64,000 nucleotides of DNA from an uncultured Modestobacter sp. (GCF_947486615.1 NZ_CANKUD010000007.1:51769-115768), one strand, 5' to 3'. Shown: positions 43,218 through 54,046, numbered from the stretch's first letter. The notes: a model not told the origin generated them from the sequence alone. Numbers and translations are program-made.

Positions 43218-43700
43218 ATGGGCTTCACTGTCGGCGAGACCGTCGTCTACCCGCACCACGGCGCTGCGCTCATCGAGGCGATCGAGAAGCGGACCATCAA
43301 GGGCGAAGAGAAGGCCTACCTCGTGCTCAAGGTCGCCCAGGGCGACCTCACCGTGCGCGTCCCGGCGGACAACGCCGAGATCGTCGGCGTGCGCGACGTC
43401 GTCGGCCAGGAGGGCCTGAACAAGGTCTTCGAGGTGCTGCGTGCCCCCCACACCGAGGAGCCGACCAACTGGTCGCGCCGCTACAAGGCCAACCTCGAGA
43501 AGCTGGCCTCCGGCGACGTGAACAAGGTCGCCGAGGTCGTGCGTGACCTCTGGCGCCGCGACAAGGACCGCGGCCTGTCCGCCGGCGAGAAGCGCATGCT
43601 CTCCAAGGCCCGGCAGATCCTGGTCAGCGAGCTCGCGCTCGCCGAGGGCACCAACGAGGACAAGGCCGAGATCCTCCTCGACGAGGTCCTGGCCTCCTGA
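43218..43700 (+). CDS. carD: CarD transcriptional regulator
   Basis: [26 protein letters not shown]. Confidence 0.97.
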   Translation: MGFTVGETVVYPHHGAALIEAIEKRTIKGEEKAYLVLKVAQGDLTVRVPADNAEIVGVRDVVGQEGLNKVFEVLRAPHTEEPTNWSRRYKANLEKLASGDVNKVAEVVRDLWRRDKDRGLSAGEKRMLSKARQILVSELALAEGTNEDKAEILLDEVLAS

Positions 43701-43738
43701 GCCAGCAGTTCGACCGCAGAACCACCCAGACCACTCCC

Positions 43739-44404
43739 GTGCACGCTGTCGGCATCGTCGCAGCGGCCGGGAGTGGTCTGCGTCTGGGGGCGGAACTGCC
43801 CAAGGCGCTGGTCGCCCTCGACGGCCGGCCGCTGGTCTGCTGGGCGGTCGACGCGTTGCGCGCCGGCGGGGTTGACGAGGTCGTCGTCGCCGTCCCGGCG
43901 CCCCAGCGGGCGGCCTTCACCGTCGTCCTCCCGGACGACGTGCACGTCGTGGTCGGCGGCGACACCCGGACCGCCTCGGTCCGCGCGGCGCTGGCCGCTG
44001 CCCGCGAGCAGGCCGACGCCGTCCTGGTGCACGACGCGGCCCGCCCGCTGACCCCGCCGGACGTCGTCGCCCGGGTGCTCGCCGCCCTGGCCGCCGGCGC
44101 CCGGGCGGTCGTCCCGGTCCTGCCGGTCGTCGACACCACGGTCGTCGTCGACGCCGACGGGGTGGTCGGGTCCGACGTCCCGCGGGCGTCGCTGCGCCGG
44201 GTGCAGACGCCGCAGGGCTTCGACCGGGCGACCCTCGTCGAGGCCTATGCGCGGGTCCACGGCGCCGCCGCAGAGTTCACCGACGACGCCTCGGTGGTCC
44301 GCGCGGCCGGCGTCCCGGTGCAGACCGTCGCCGGCGACGAGCGGGCCGCGAAGATCACCGTCGCGCACGACCTGGCGCTGGCCGAGCTGCAGGTGACCCG
44401 GTGA
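43739..44404 (+). CDS. ispD: 2-C-methyl-D-erythritol 4-phosphate cytidylyltransferase
   Basis: [36 protein letters not shown]. Confidence 0.93.
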   Translation: MHAVGIVAAAGSGLRLGAELPKALVALDGRPLVCWAVDALRAGGVDEVVVAVPAPQRAAFTVVLPDDVHVVVGGDTRTASVRAALAAAREQADAVLVHDAARPLTPPDVVARVLAALAAGARAVVPVLPVVDTTVVVDADGVVGSDVPRASLRRVQTPQGFDRATLVEAYARVHGAAAEFTDDASVVRAAGVPVQTVAGDERAAKITVAHDLALAELQVTR

Positions 44405-44910
44405 CCTCTCCGCTGCCGCGGGTGGGCATCGGCAGCGACGTCCACCCGATCGAGGCCGGCCGCCCCTGCTGGCTGGCCGGCCTGGAGTGGCCCGGTGTCG
44501 ACGGCTGCGCGGGGCACTCCGACGGCGACGTCGTGGCCCACGCGCTCACCGACGCCCTGCTGTCCGCCGCCGGCCTGGGCGACATCGGCGGGCTGCTCGG
44601 CACCGACGACCCGCGCTGGGCCGGGGCTCGCGGGGCCGCGGTGCTCGGGCACGTCCGGGAGACGCTGGCGGCCGCCGGCTGGACGATCGGGAACGTCGCC
44701 GTTCAGCTGATCGGGAACAGCCCGAAGCTGGGGCCGCGGCGGGCCGAGGCCGAGGGGGTGCTGACCGCGGTGCTCGGCGCACCGGTCAGCGTCACCGCGA
44801 CGACGACCGACGGGCTGGGCCTCACCGGCCGCGGCGAGGGCCGGGCCGCGGTGGCCACGGCGCTCGTGGTCCGGAGCACTGCCTGGTCGCCCGTAGAATC
44901 CATCCGGTGA
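44401..44910 (+). CDS. ispF: 2-C-methyl-D-erythritol 2,4-cyclodiphosphate synthase
   Basis: [31 protein letters not shown]. Confidence 0.95.
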   Translation: MTSPLPRVGIGSDVHPIEAGRPCWLAGLEWPGVDGCAGHSDGDVVAHALTDALLSAAGLGDIGGLLGTDDPRWAGARGAAVLGHVRETLAAAGWTIGNVAVQLIGNSPKLGPRRAEAEGVLTAVLGAPVSVTATTTDGLGLTGRGEGRAAVATALVVRSTAWSPVESIR

Positions 44911-46313
44911 GCCTCCGCCTGTACGACACGGCCGCGCGTGCCGTGCGTGACTTCACGCCCCTGCGTGCAGGACGGGTCTCCATGTACGTGTGTGGCCTGA
45001 CCGTGCAGGGCCCGCCGCACATCGGGCACGTGCGCTTCGCCCTCGCCTTCGACGTGCTGCGCCGCTGGCTGCTGCACCGGGGCAACGAGGTCACCTACGT
45101 CCGCAACGTCACCGACGTCGACGACAAGATCCTGGCCAAGGCCGACGCCGCCGGGGTGCCGTGGTGGGCCTGGGCGTACGAGAACGAGCGGGCCGCCACC
45201 CGCGCCTACGACGTCCTCGGCACGTTGCCGCCCACCTACGAGCCGCGGGCGACCGGCCACGTGCCGGAGATGGTGGCGCTGATCGAGCGGCTGATCGCCG
45301 GCGGGCACGCCTACGCCGTCGACGGCGACGTGTACTTCGACGTCCGTTCGTTCCCCGGGTACGGGGAGCTGACCGGGCAGAAGCTCGGCGACCTGCAGCC
45401 GGCCGCCGACACCGAGACCGACGAGCGCAAGCGCGACCCCCGGGACTTCGCGCTGTGGAAGGGCGGCAAGGACGGCGAGCCGCTGACCGCCTCCTGGGCC
45501 ACCCCGTGGGGGCGCGGCCGGCCGGGCTGGCACCTGGAGTGCTCGGCGATGGCCGAGAAGTACCTGGGTGCGGAGTTCGACGTGCACGGCGGTGGGCTGG
45601 ACCTGCGCTTCCCGCACCACGAGAACGAGCGGGCGCAGTCGCAGGCGGCCGGTGACGGGTTCGCCCGCTACTGGCTGCACAACGGCTGGGTGACAATGGG
45701 CGGCGAGAAGATGAGCAAGTCGCTGGGCAACACCGCCCTGGTCGACGAGGTCGTCCGCCGGGTGCGCCCGGTCGAGCTGCGCTACTACCTCGTCGCCCCG
45801 CACTACCGCTCCACGATCGAGTTCACCGAGGCGGCGCTGGCAGAGGCCGGGGTCGCCTACCGGCGGATCGAGTCGTTCGTGACGCGGGCGCAGGAGCGGG
45901 TCGCCGAGGTGGAGCGGCCGGACGCCGGTGCCCTGCCGCAGGAGTTCGTCGCCGCGATGGACGACGACCTGAGCACCCCCGCCGCGATCGCGGTCGTGCA
46001 CGACGCCGTGACCCGGGGCAACACCGCCCTGGCCGCAGGCGACGAGGACGGCGTGGCCGGCGCGCTCCGCGAGGTCCGGGGGATGCTCGGCGTCCTGGGC
46101 CTCGACCCGCTCGACCCGCAGTGGGCCGACGCCGGTGGCGACCGCCGCCTGGCCGAGGCCACCGACGGCCTGGTCCAGCTCGCGTTGGAGCAGCGTGCCG
46201 CGGCGCGCGCCCGCAAGGACTACGCCGCCGCCGATGCCATCCGTGACCAGCTCGGCGCCCTGGGCGTGCAGGTCGAGGACACCCCCCAGGGCACACGATG
46301 GGAGCTGACCTGA
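44907..46313 (+). CDS. cysS: Cysteine--tRNA ligase
   Basis: [39 protein letters not shown]. Confidence 0.97.
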   Translation: MSLRLYDTAARAVRDFTPLRAGRVSMYVCGLTVQGPPHIGHVRFALAFDVLRRWLLHRGNEVTYVRNVTDVDDKILAKADAAGVPWWAWAYENERAATRAYDVLGTLPPTYEPRATGHVPEMVALIERLIAGGHAYAVDGDVYFDVRSFPGYGELTGQKLGDLQPAADTETDERKRDPRDFALWKGGKDGEPLTASWATPWGRGRPGWHLECSAMAEKYLGAEFDVHGGGLDLRFPHHENERAQSQAAGDGFARYWLHNGWVTMGGEKMSKSLGNTALVDEVVRRVRPVELRYYLVAPHYRSTIEFTEAALAEAGVAYRRIESFVTRAQERVAEVERPDAGALPQEFVAAMDDDLSTPAAIAVVHDAVTRGNTALAAGDEDGVAGALREVRGMLGVLGLDPLDPQWADAGGDRRLAEATDGLVQLALEQRAAARARKDYAAADAIRDQLGALGVQVEDTPQGTRWELT

Positions 46314-47281
46314 TGGCCGGCAACAGCCAGCGACGAGGCCGCACGAGCGGCGCGAGCAAGAAGGGCGCCACCGCCGGCACCGGTGGCAAGAACCGCCGCT
46401 CGCTGGCCGGTCGGGGCGCCACCCCGAAGGCCACCGACCGCCCGCACCACCCGGCGTACAAGGCGGCGAAGGCGGCGGCGGCCCGCCAGGACAACCGGCA
46501 GCGGGTGCAGCGGCGCAACGCCGAGGCCCCGGAGCTGCTGCTCGGCCGCAACCCGGTGCTGGAGGCGCTGCGCGCCAACATCCCGGCCACCGCGCTGTAC
46601 GTGGTCACCGGCGACACCAGCCGTGGCGGGACCGACGAGCGGATCGCCGAGTCCGTGCAGCTGGCCGCCGACCGTGGGCTGCCGCTGCTCGAGGTGGGCA
46701 AGGCCGAGTTCGACCGGATGAGCGACCACGCGCTGCACCAGGGCATCGGCCTGATGGTGCCGCCCTACGACTACGCGCACCCCGACGACCTGCTCGACAT
46801 CGCCCGCGACTCCGGCCGCCCGCCGCTGATCGTGGCGCTGGACGGCGTCACCGACCCCCGCAACCTGGGTGCGGTCATCCGCTCGGCCGCGGCCTTCGAC
46901 GCGCACGGTCTGGTCGTCCCCGAGCGTCGCGCGGTCGGCATGACCGGCTCGGCCTGGCGCACCAGCGCCGGCGCCGCGGCCCGGCTGCGGGTGGCCCGGG
47001 CGGTCAACCTCTCCCGTGCGCTCGCCTCCTACCAGGACGCCGGCCTGCAGACCGTGGGCCTGGCCGCCGACGGCGAGATGGGCATCCACGAGTACGACGG
47101 CTTCGCCGACCCGGTCGCGCTGGTCGTCGGGGCCGAGGGCGCGGGGCTGTCCCGGCTGGTGCGGGAGCGCTGCGACGTGGTGCTGTCCATCCCGATCACC
47201 AAGGACACCGAGTCGCTCAACGTGAGCGTCGCTGCCAGCATCGCCCTGTTCGCGGCGGCCTCCGCCCGCCGGGTGAGCTGA
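46313..47281 (+). CDS. rlmB: 23S rRNA (guanosine-2'-O)-methyltransferase (SpoU/TrmH family)
   Basis: [44 protein letters not shown]. Confidence 0.92.
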   Translation: MAGNSQRRGRTSGASKKGATAGTGGKNRRSLAGRGATPKATDRPHHPAYKAAKAAAARQDNRQRVQRRNAEAPELLLGRNPVLEALRANIPATALYVVTGDTSRGGTDERIAESVQLAADRGLPLLEVGKAEFDRMSDHALHQGIGLMVPPYDYAHPDDLLDIARDSGRPPLIVALDGVTDPRNLGAVIRSAAAFDAHGLVVPERRAVGMTGSAWRTSAGAAARLRVARAVNLSRALASYQDAGLQTVGLAADGEMGIHEYDGFADPVALVVGAEGAGLSRLVRERCDVVLSIPITKDTESLNVSVAASIALFAAASARRVS

Positions 47282-47305
47282 GCACTCCCCGGCTCCGCGG
47301 CCTGG

Positions 47306-48586
47306 TCAGGACAGCAGCTGCGCCACGGTGTAGATGACCAGGCCGGCGAGGCCGCCGACGACGGTGCCGTTGACCCGGATCCACTGCAGGTCCCGGCCGA
47401 CCTGCAGCTCGATCCGCCGGCTGGTCTCCTCGGTGTCCCAGCGGGCCACCGTGGTGCCGACCAGGTCGGCGACGTCGCCGGCGAAGCGCTCGACGGCGTA
47501 GCCGGCGGCCCGCTGGGACTGCCGCTGCACCAGCTCCCGGATCGTCGGGTCGGTCTGCAGCAGCCGTGCGGCGTGCCGGATCAGGCGGACGACGCGGGTG
47601 CGCAGCTCGGAGTCGGGGTCCGCGGCGGCGGTGACCACGGCGGTCTTCGCGGTGCTCCACAGCGAGCCCGACCAGGTGCGCACCGCCGGGTGGTCGAGCA
47701 GCTCCTCCTTGAACCGCTCGACCCGGGCCGCCGTCGCCGGGTCGGTGCGCAGCGCGTGCACGTAGGCCCGCAGCCGCTTGTCGTAGCTGCGCCGCAGCTC
47801 GTGCCGGGAGTCCGCGCCCACCTCGGCGAGGAAGCCCTGCAGCAGGTCGAACACCCGGTCGAACACCCGGTCGTCGACCCAGTCGGGCACCCACGCCGGT
47901 GACGCGTCGCCCAGCCGGGCACGGAACACCAGCCGGTTGTCGGAGAGGAAGTTGGCCAGGCCGGTCAGGCCGGCGGACAGCACCTCCTGGTGCCGGTCGC
48001 CCTCCACCACGAGCTCGATCCCGCGGGCCACGGCCGGGGCGGCGGGAGTGTCCCGCAGCTTCCGGTCCACCAGCGCTGCCACCGCGGGCTGCAGCTCGTC
48101 GTCCTTGAGCAGGTCGGTCAGCGCGCCCAGCGCGGCGCCGGCGTCGCCGGCCAGCCGCTCGGCGCGGCCCGGGGACTCGAGGAACGCGCCCAGCCGGCCG
48201 GGGACGTCGACGGCGGCGAGCCGCTCGTCGACCACCGCGCGGGTCAGGAAGTTCTCCTGGACGAAGGTGCCCAGGCTGGCGCCGATCTGGTCCTTCTTCC
48301 GCGGGATGATCGCGGTGTGCGGGATGGGCAGCCGCATCGGGTGGCGGAAGAGTGCGGTGACGGCGAACCAGTCGGCCAGCGCCCCGACCATCGAGGCCTC
48401 GGCGGTGGCCCGCACGTAGCCGACCCAGGCGCCGGTCTCCTCACCCAGCAGCACGCAGCCGAGGAACACCACGGCGGCCAGCACGAACAGGCCGGTGGCC
48501 AGCCGTTTCATCTTCGCCAGGTCGCGGGCCCGCTGGGGGTCGTCGAGGGACTCGGCCAGCGGTGCGGTCAGCTCGGGTCCGGGCAC
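47306..48586 (-). CDS. DUF445 family membrane protein
   Basis: EASMVGALADWFAVTALFRHP, GRDLQWIRVNGTVVGGLAG. Confidence 0.9.
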   Translation of the reverse strand: MPGPELTAPLAESLDDPQRARDLAKMKRLATGLFVLAAVVFLGCVLLGEETGAWVGYVRATAEASMVGALADWFAVTALFRHPMRLPIPHTAIIPRKKDQIGASLGTFVQENFLTRAVVDERLAAVDVPGRLGAFLESPGRAERLAGDAGAALGALTDLLKDDELQPAVAALVDRKLRDTPAAPAVARGIELVVEGDRHQEVLSAGLTGLANFLSDNRLVFRARLGDASPAWVPDWVDDRVFDRVFDLLQGFLAEVGADSRHELRRSYDKRLRAYVHALRTDPATAARVERFKEELLDHPAVRTWSGSLWSTAKTAVVTAAADPDSELRTRVVRLIRHAARLLQTDPTIRELVQRQSQRAAGYAVERFAGDVADLVGTTVARWDTEETSRRIELQVGRDLQWIRVNGTVVGGLAGLVIYTVAQLLS

Positions 48587-48699
48587 CCGACCGAGCCTAG
48601 GCGTCGGGCCGGGGCCGCACGTGCGACGACCCCGGGGCCGCGGGGGTCGGCGCCGGGGTCGTCGGTCCGTGGAGGTGGCCCCCGCGGAGGGGGCCTCCC

Positions 48700-50163
48700 T
48701 CAGTCGGTGGTCTCGTCGAGGGTGACGTCGACCTCGGCGGTGTCCTGGCCGCGGCGGACGGTCAGGGTGACCGTGTCGCCGGGCTGGGCGCTGCGCACGG
48801 CGGCGGTGAGCTCCGTGGAGGTGGTGATCGGCCGGTCGCCGACCGCGGTGATCACGTCGCCGGCCTGCAGGCCGGCGTCCCCGGCGGCCGAACCCTCCTG
48901 GACCGAGACCAGCTCGGCGCCGCTGCCCACCGCGGAGCCGGACTCGGCGGCGGTGGTGGCGCTGACCCCCAGCAGGGCGTGGGACGCCGAGCCCGTGTCG
49001 ATGATCTGCTCGGCGATCCGCTGGGCGGTGTTGGACGGGATGGCGAAGCCCACGCCGATGTTGCCGCTCTGCGACTCCTGGCCGGGCAGGCCGGTGCTGG
49101 CGACCGAGGTGATCGCGGTGTTGATCCCGACCACCTCGCCGTCGGCGTTGACCAGCGCGCCACCGGAGTTGCCCGGGTTGATCGCCGCGTCGGTCTGCAG
49201 CGCGTCGATCACCGTGCTGTCGTCCTGGGTGGAGCCGGTCTGCACGGCCCGGTCGGTCGCGCTGATGATCCCGTCGGTGACGGTGTTCGACAGCCCCAGC
49301 GGGGCGCCGATCGCCACGGCGAGATCACCCACCTGGACCTCGTCGGAGTCGGCGAAGGTGGCCGGGCTCAGCCCGCCGGCGTCGGCGAGCTTGACCACGG
49401 CCAGGTCCGAGGACGGGTCGGTGCCCACCACGGTGGCGTCGTACAGCGTCCCGTCGGAGGTGCGCACCTGCACCGTCACGTCACCGGTGCTGCTGTCCAG
49501 GCTGACCACGTGGTTGTTCGTGAGCACGTAGCCGTCCTCGCTGAGGACGACGCCCGACCCGGAACCGGACCCGGCAGCGGCGCTCACGTACAGGGTGACG
49601 ACGCTGGGCGCTGCGGCCGCTGCGGCCGCGGTGGTGCTGGTGGCGGTCTCGGCGTCCTTGATGACCACCGGCTGGGTGGTCGCCCCGCTGGCGGTGGCGA
49701 CGGTGTCGGAGTCGGTCAGCGCGACGACCCCGGCGCCGGCCCCGCCACCGATGAGCGCACCGGCGACCAGGCCGGCCACGCCCAGCCGCCAGCGACCGGC
49801 CCGGGCCGGGGGCGCGGCGGGTGCGGCGGGGGCCTGGAAGGCCGGCGGCACGGCGCCGGTGGGGGCGGAACCGGCGTGGCTGCCCCAGCCGGCCGGGGGC
49901 CACGGCTGGTGCACGGGGGCGGCGGCCGGGAACTGGTGGCCGCCGGAGGCCGGCTGGAACGGCTGGCCGGCCGCCGGGAACTGCTGGGTCTGCTGGCGGT
50001 CCGCCGGCGGACCGAACGCGGACCGGCCGTCGGTCGGGGCGCCCGGCGCGGGGAACTGCTGCGGGGTCGCCGGACCGGTGGGCTGCTGCGCGGCCCAGCT
50101 GACGTCGCCGTTCCGGTCGGTGCCGTGTCCGGTCTCGTCGGCCGGGCGGTTCTGCTCGCTCAC
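48700..50163 (-). CDS. HtrA-like serine protease (S1C) with PDZ domain
   Basis: TM helix, LTNNHVV, SDLAVV, QTDAAINPGNSGGAL, C-terminal PDZ. Confidence 0.93.
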   Translation of the reverse strand: MSEQNRPADETGHGTDRNGDVSWAAQQPTGPATPQQFPAPGAPTDGRSAFGPPADRQQTQQFPAAGQPFQPASGGHQFPAAAPVHQPWPPAGWGSHAGSAPTGAVPPAFQAPAAPAAPPARAGRWRLGVAGLVAGALIGGGAGAGVVALTDSDTVATASGATTQPVVIKDAETATSTTAAAAAAAPSVVTLYVSAAAGSGSGSGVVLSEDGYVLTNNHVVSLDSSTGDVTVQVRTSDGTLYDATVVGTDPSSDLAVVKLADAGGLSPATFADSDEVQVGDLAVAIGAPLGLSNTVTDGIISATDRAVQTGSTQDDSTVIDALQTDAAINPGNSGGALVNADGEVVGINTAITSVASTGLPGQESQSGNIGVGFAIPSNTAQRIAEQIIDTGSASHALLGVSATTAAESGSAVGSGAELVSVQEGSAAGDAGLQAGDVITAVGDRPITTSTELTAAVRSAQPGDTVTLTVRRGQDTAEVDVTLDETTD

Positions 50164-50301
50164 GATCTGGTCCCTCCCCACGGCAGGACCTCCCCGCCGT
50201 GATGAGACCACTGTGCGTCCTGGGACTGGTCCGTGGCTGGTGGTCCGCTGTGAGTTCCCTGGACGTGTCACCCGGCGGGGTCGGTCGTGCGCCCGGCGGG
50301 G

Positions 50302-51066
50302 TCAGTCGTGCAGGGTGCCGCGCGCCACCTGCTCGGTCACCACCCACACGGCGATCGCCTCGGCGGCGAGCAGCCCGACCAGCACGAGCAGCTGGGCGGC
50401 GCCCGCCTGGAGCGCGCTGCCCCCGCCCAGCAGCACCCCGACGAAGGCGCCGGGCAGGGTCACCAGTCCCACGGTGCGGGTCTGGTCGAGCGCCGGGACC
50501 AGGGCGGTGGCCGCCACGGGGCGGGCCACCTCCAGTACGGCGTCCCGGGGCAGGAACCCCAGGGCCAGCGCGGCGTCGACCTCGCCGCGCCGCTGGGTCA
50601 GCTCGTCCCGGAGCCGCCGTCCGGCCAGCGAGGTGGCGGTCATCGCCCCGCCGATGACGATCCCGGCGATCGGCACCACGGCGGCCCCCTGCCGGGGGAC
50701 GGCGCCGCTGAGCAGCACCAGGGTGACCACCGGCGCGCTCCCGGCCACGATCGCCAGCCCCGTCGCGGCGGCCCGGCGCCACGCGCCCGGAGCGCGCAGC
50801 GGGAGCCCGGTGACCCGGCCGGCCGCGGTGACCGCCGCGACGGTCAGCATCAGCAGCACGAACGCCGCCGACAGCGCCAGGGACCGCAGCACCACCACCA
50901 GGACGGCGGACACCGCGGCGAGCTGGACCGTCGCCCGGACCGCGGCGAGCAGGACCGGCCGGTCCTGACCCAGTCCCGACCAGGCGCCCACCCCGACGGC
51001 CAGGGCCGTCAGCGCGAGGAGGGCGACGACCAGCCCCGGTCCCAGGTCGACGACGGAGCTGCCCAC
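50302..51066 (-). CDS. UPF0014/FetB(YbbM)-like ABC permease
   Basis: RATVQL, PIAGIVIGGAM, LDQTRTVGLVTLPGAFVG, QLLVL. Confidence 0.82.
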   Translation of the reverse strand: MGSSVVDLGPGLVVALLALTALAVGVGAWSGLGQDRPVLLAAVRATVQLAAVSAVLVVVLRSLALSAAFVLLMLTVAAVTAAGRVTGLPLRAPGAWRRAAATGLAIVAGSAPVVTLVLLSGAVPRQGAAVVPIAGIVIGGAMTATSLAGRRLRDELTQRRGEVDAALALGFLPRDAVLEVARPVAATALVPALDQTRTVGLVTLPGAFVGVLLGGGSALQAGAAQLLVLVGLLAAEAIAVWVVTEQVARGTLHD

Positions 51067-51216
51067 GGCGGGTCATCGTGCCCGGCTCCGTCGTCCCGCC
51101 GGAGCGCGGGGGACGACCGCCCGCGCGGACGGTGGGTGATCAAGCACCGGCCGGGGAAGGGACGGGCGGCCGGCGCGCGTCGCGCCCGCTCCCGCCCCAC
51201 CGCCCGGAGGCCCCCG

Positions 51217-51867
51217 GTGCCCGTTCGTCTGATCCTCGCCCGGACCGGGCTCGCGCTGCTGGTGCTCACCGGTGGTGCGCTCGCCGCGGTCGGCGGTGTC
51301 TCGCTCGGCCCCTCCGGGCTCGTCGCGGTCGTGCTGGCCGCGATGGTCGCCGGCTGCCTCGGCGCCGGGATCGCCCGGGAGGGCGACGGCCCGCCGTCCC
51401 GTCAGGTGGCGCTGGACGCCGCCTGGCGCACCGCCGCGGTCACCGTGGCGGTGCTCCTGGCGCTCAGCGGGTCGGTGGTGGTCGCCGGCGGTGCGGTGAC
51501 CCTGCTGCTCGTCGTCGGCGTCCTGGGTGGTCTGCTGGCCCGCTGGGCGCTGCGGTCGCTCAGGCGGTCGCGGGGTGCCGCAGTGGCGCCGGTGCTGCCG
51601 CTGCACGCGGTGGACGGCAGCTGGGCGCGGGGTCTGTCGGTGTCCGCGCTCGGCCAGGAGTGGGTGCGCAGCTCGGCCGCCCTCCCGGGCACGTGGGACC
51701 CGGCCGCCCGCCAGGAGCTGGTGCGCCGGCGGCAGGAGGCCCTCGACGAGCTGGAGCGCCGGGACCCGGTCGGGTTCGCGCGCTGGCTGGCCGACGGCGC
51801 CACCGTGGACAGCGACCCGGCGGAGTACGTCTCCGGCGACCCGGCGGCCGGCTCCGACGCGGCCTGA
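51217..51867 (+). CDS. Hypothetical membrane protein with charged C-terminal domain
   Basis: GGAGG RBS, four hydrophobic segments, C-terminal RRQEALDELERRDPVGFARWL; high GC3. Confidence 0.7.
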   Translation: MPVRLILARTGLALLVLTGGALAAVGGVSLGPSGLVAVVLAAMVAGCLGAGIAREGDGPPSRQVALDAAWRTAAVTVAVLLALSGSVVVAGGAVTLLLVVGVLGGLLARWALRSLRRSRGAAVAPVLPLHAVDGSWARGLSVSALGQEWVRSSAALPGTWDPAARQELVRRRQEALDELERRDPVGFARWLADGATVDSDPAEYVSGDPAAGSDAA

Positions 51868-51881
51868 GCCCCGGCCGGGCC

Positions 51882-52736
51882 TCAGAGCCCGGCAACGATC
51901 GCGCTGACGTCGACCGCGGCGGGGTCCTCGACGGAGGCCGCGGCGGCGTCCATGGTGGCCAGCACGGCGGCGTCCAGCCGGTCGGACACCCCGGCGGTGC
52001 GCAGCGCCGCCTGGATGAGCCGGGCGTCCTTCGCCGCCCCGGTCAGGCCGAAGCTGAGCGGGTGCTCCCCGGCAAGCATCTGGGCGCCCTTGGCGTGGGC
52101 ATAGGGGGTGTCCAGCGGGCCGCCGGCGATGGCGGACAGGAAGTCCTGCGGGTCGACGCCGAGCCCGCGGGCCAGTGCGATCGACTGCGCCGCCCCGGCG
52201 GTGACCATGAACAGCCAGGCGTTGCAGGCCATCTTCAGCCGGCTGCCCGCGCCGGCGTGGCCCAGCCACAGCGTCCTCGACCCCAGGGCGTCGAGCACCG
52301 GGGCCAACTCCTGGCGGGTGTGCTCCGGTCCGGAGGCGAGCAGCACCAGCGCACCCTGCTCGGCGGGCTCCCTGGTGCCCAGCACCGGGCAGTCGACGAG
52401 CACCAGGCCCAGCTCGTCGGCCAGCGCCACGGTGCGGTCGGCGCCCTCGACCCCGACCGTGCTGCACTGCAGCCACGTCGTCCCGACCGGTGGGGCCGCC
52501 TGCCGCAGCACGTCGACCACCGCGTCGGCGTCGAACAGCATGGTGAGGACGACGTCGGCGCCGGCGACCGCCTCGGCGGGGGATCCGCACGCCGTGGCCC
52601 CCGTGTCGGTCAGCGCCTGTGCCCTGGCCGGGTCCCGGTTCCACATCTGCACCGGGATCCCGGACCGGCGCAGGGACCGCACCATCCCCGCACCCATCGT
52701 GCCCGTGCCCAGGACCGCCACAACCGGGTTCGTCAT
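51882..52736 (-). CDS. NAD(P)-dependent oxidoreductase, 3-hydroxyisobutyrate/6-PG dehydrogenase family
   Basis: VLGTGTMG, WNRD, DCPVLG, GSRLKMACN, AKDARL. Confidence 0.88.
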   Translation of the reverse strand: MTNPVVAVLGTGTMGAGMVRSLRRSGIPVQMWNRDPARAQALTDTGATACGSPAEAVAGADVVLTMLFDADAVVDVLRQAAPPVGTTWLQCSTVGVEGADRTVALADELGLVLVDCPVLGTREPAEQGALVLLASGPEHTRQELAPVLDALGSRTLWLGHAGAGSRLKMACNAWLFMVTAGAAQSIALARGLGVDPQDFLSAIAGGPLDTPYAHAKGAQMLAGEHPLSFGLTGAAKDARLIQAALRTAGVSDRLDAAVLATMDAAAASVEDPAAVDVSAIVAGL

Positions 52737-52863
52737 GCCCAGATCCTCACCCGGCGACGTCGGCGCGGCAGCGCCGCGGCCACCGGGGATGATCACGGGC
52801 GACGCCGCATTCCCGGGCGGCACGGTGGGCCCGGCACGGTGGGCCCGGCAGGAGGTCGCGGAG

Positions 52864-53157
52864 ATGGACGGACGGCGGAACTGGCCGGCGTGGGTGGCCG
52901 GCGGCTACGCGGTGGCGGTGCTGGCGACCACGGTGTGGGTGCAGGTGGCCGCCGCCGGGGCCGACGACGCCAGCTTCGCCGGCATCTGGCTGATCGCGCT
53001 GACCATCCCCGGGTCGCTGCTGGCCCTGCTGCTGATCCCGGGCGAGCTCGGCTCGCTGCTGACCTTCACGGTCGTGGGCCTGCTCCAGGCACTGGGCACC
53101 TGGTACCTGCTGGAGCGGCTGCGGGTCCGGCGCGCCCGCCGCCCGGCCCGGGGCTGA
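52864..53157 (+). CDS. Small membrane protein
   Basis: GGAG before ATG 52864, three hydrophobic segments, basic tail. Confidence 0.65.
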   Translation: MDGRRNWPAWVAGGYAVAVLATTVWVQVAAAGADDASFAGIWLIALTIPGSLLALLLIPGELGSLLTFTVVGLLQALGTWYLLERLRVRRARRPARG

Positions 53158-53225
53158 GCAGCACCACCGGGCGGTGCGGGCGCCGCCACCGAGCCGGCCG
53201 GCCGGCCCGGTAACCTCGCCGGGTC

Positions 53226-53300
53226 GCCCCATTAGCTCAGTGGTAGAGCACCCGCCTTGTAAGCGGAAGGTCGTCCGTTCAATCCGGACATGGGGCTCCA
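53226..53300 (+). tRNA. tRNA-Thr(TGT)
   Basis: GCCCCAT/ATGGGGC acceptor, CTTGTAA loop, GTCCG-TTCAATC-CGGAC T arm, encoded CCA. Confidence 0.96.
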
Positions 53301-53376
53301 CCTGCGGCCGGTGCCCACGCGTGCCAGGCTCGGCGGGAGCGCTGCCGACCAGGGCAGCCGGCGCTGAGGAGCCCCC

Positions 53377-53586
53377 GTGAGCGACCACGTCTACCGGCTG
53401 AGCGAGATCGTCGGCAGCTCGACCACGAGCGTCGACGACGCCATCCGCACGGCGGTGCGCAAGGCCTCGCAGACGGTGCGCAACATCGAGTGGTTCCAGA
53501 CCTCGGAGATCCGCGGCCAGGTCGTGGACGGCGACGTGGCGTACTTCCAGGTCACCATGAAGATCGGCTTCCGCGTCGAGGACTGA
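53377..53586 (+). CDS. Dodecin (flavin-binding protein)
   Basis: HVY...EIVGSS, IEWF...EIRG, FQVTMKIGF. Confidence 0.93.
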   Translation: MSDHVYRLSEIVGSSTTSVDDAIRTAVRKASQTVRNIEWFQTSEIRGQVVDGDVAYFQVTMKIGFRVED

Positions 53587-53587
53587 C

Positions 53588-53647
53588 GGCCCTCGTGCAG
53601 GGGCCCGCCACGAAATTCGCGAGTGGTGGGGGCACGGGGGTCCTTCT
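53588..53647 (-). repeat. Dispersed palindromic element, copy C
   Basis: ggccctcgtgc/gcacgggggtcc stem, shared gcgagtggtggggg and gtccttctt with copy B; abuts the DUF5313 TGA. Confidence 0.82.
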
Positions 53648-54046
53648 TCAGTCGTAGCTGCCGGCGCCGCCCGACCGGTACCGGGCGCGCTTCTCGATCC
53701 GCTCGCGCTCGGCGCGTTCCGCGCGGCGGGCCGCCGTCGTCCCGGGTGGCCAGCCGGCCTTGACCGCGCGGTGCTCGGTCGTCTCGGTCATGTAGGCGAG
53801 GGAGAACATCAGCCCGATGACGATGCCGCCGCCGGCCGCGGTCACCCGGAACTCCAGCGGCACCGGCGGGACCAGCAGGCACAGCACGATCACCGGGGCG
53901 AGCTGGACGAGCGCGCGGACCAGGTGCCGCTGCACCCAGCTGTGCCGGGTCGTGTCGTCCAGGACCCAGTCCGACAGCGAGCGGGGGAGCCCACCGCCGT
54001 AGGCGTACCAGAGCCACTGGGCCGGGTTCGGGCGTCCAGCGTGCAC
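53648..54046 (-). CDS. DUF5313 family membrane protein
   Basis: RPNPAQWLWYAYGGGLP, WVLDDTT, HRAVKAGWP; TACCGT 6 nt before GTG. Confidence 0.85.
   Translation of the reverse strand: MHAGRPNPAQWLWYAYGGGLPRSLSDWVLDDTTRHSWVQRHLVRALVQLAPVIVLCLLVPPVPLEFRVTAAGGGIVIGLMFSLAYMTETTEHRAVKAGWPPGTTAARRAERAERERIEKRARYRSGGAGSYD

Noticed and set aside
48671-48698. Short ggccccc/gggggcc hairpin after htrA
   Set aside because: Only a 7 bp core; plausible weak terminator but not distinctive, and lacks the repeat-family hallmarks
35491-51150. Shared 12-mer GATCAAGCACCG at ~35491 and ~51138 in intergenic DNA
   Set aside because: Only two copies, no symmetry or common regulatory context; could be chance
53226-53376. 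tRNA-Thr(TGT) as an integration site, and its C-A mismatch at the top of the anticodon stem
   Set aside because: No att duplication or mobile genes; a single mismatch at that position is tolerated and not evidence of pseudogenisation
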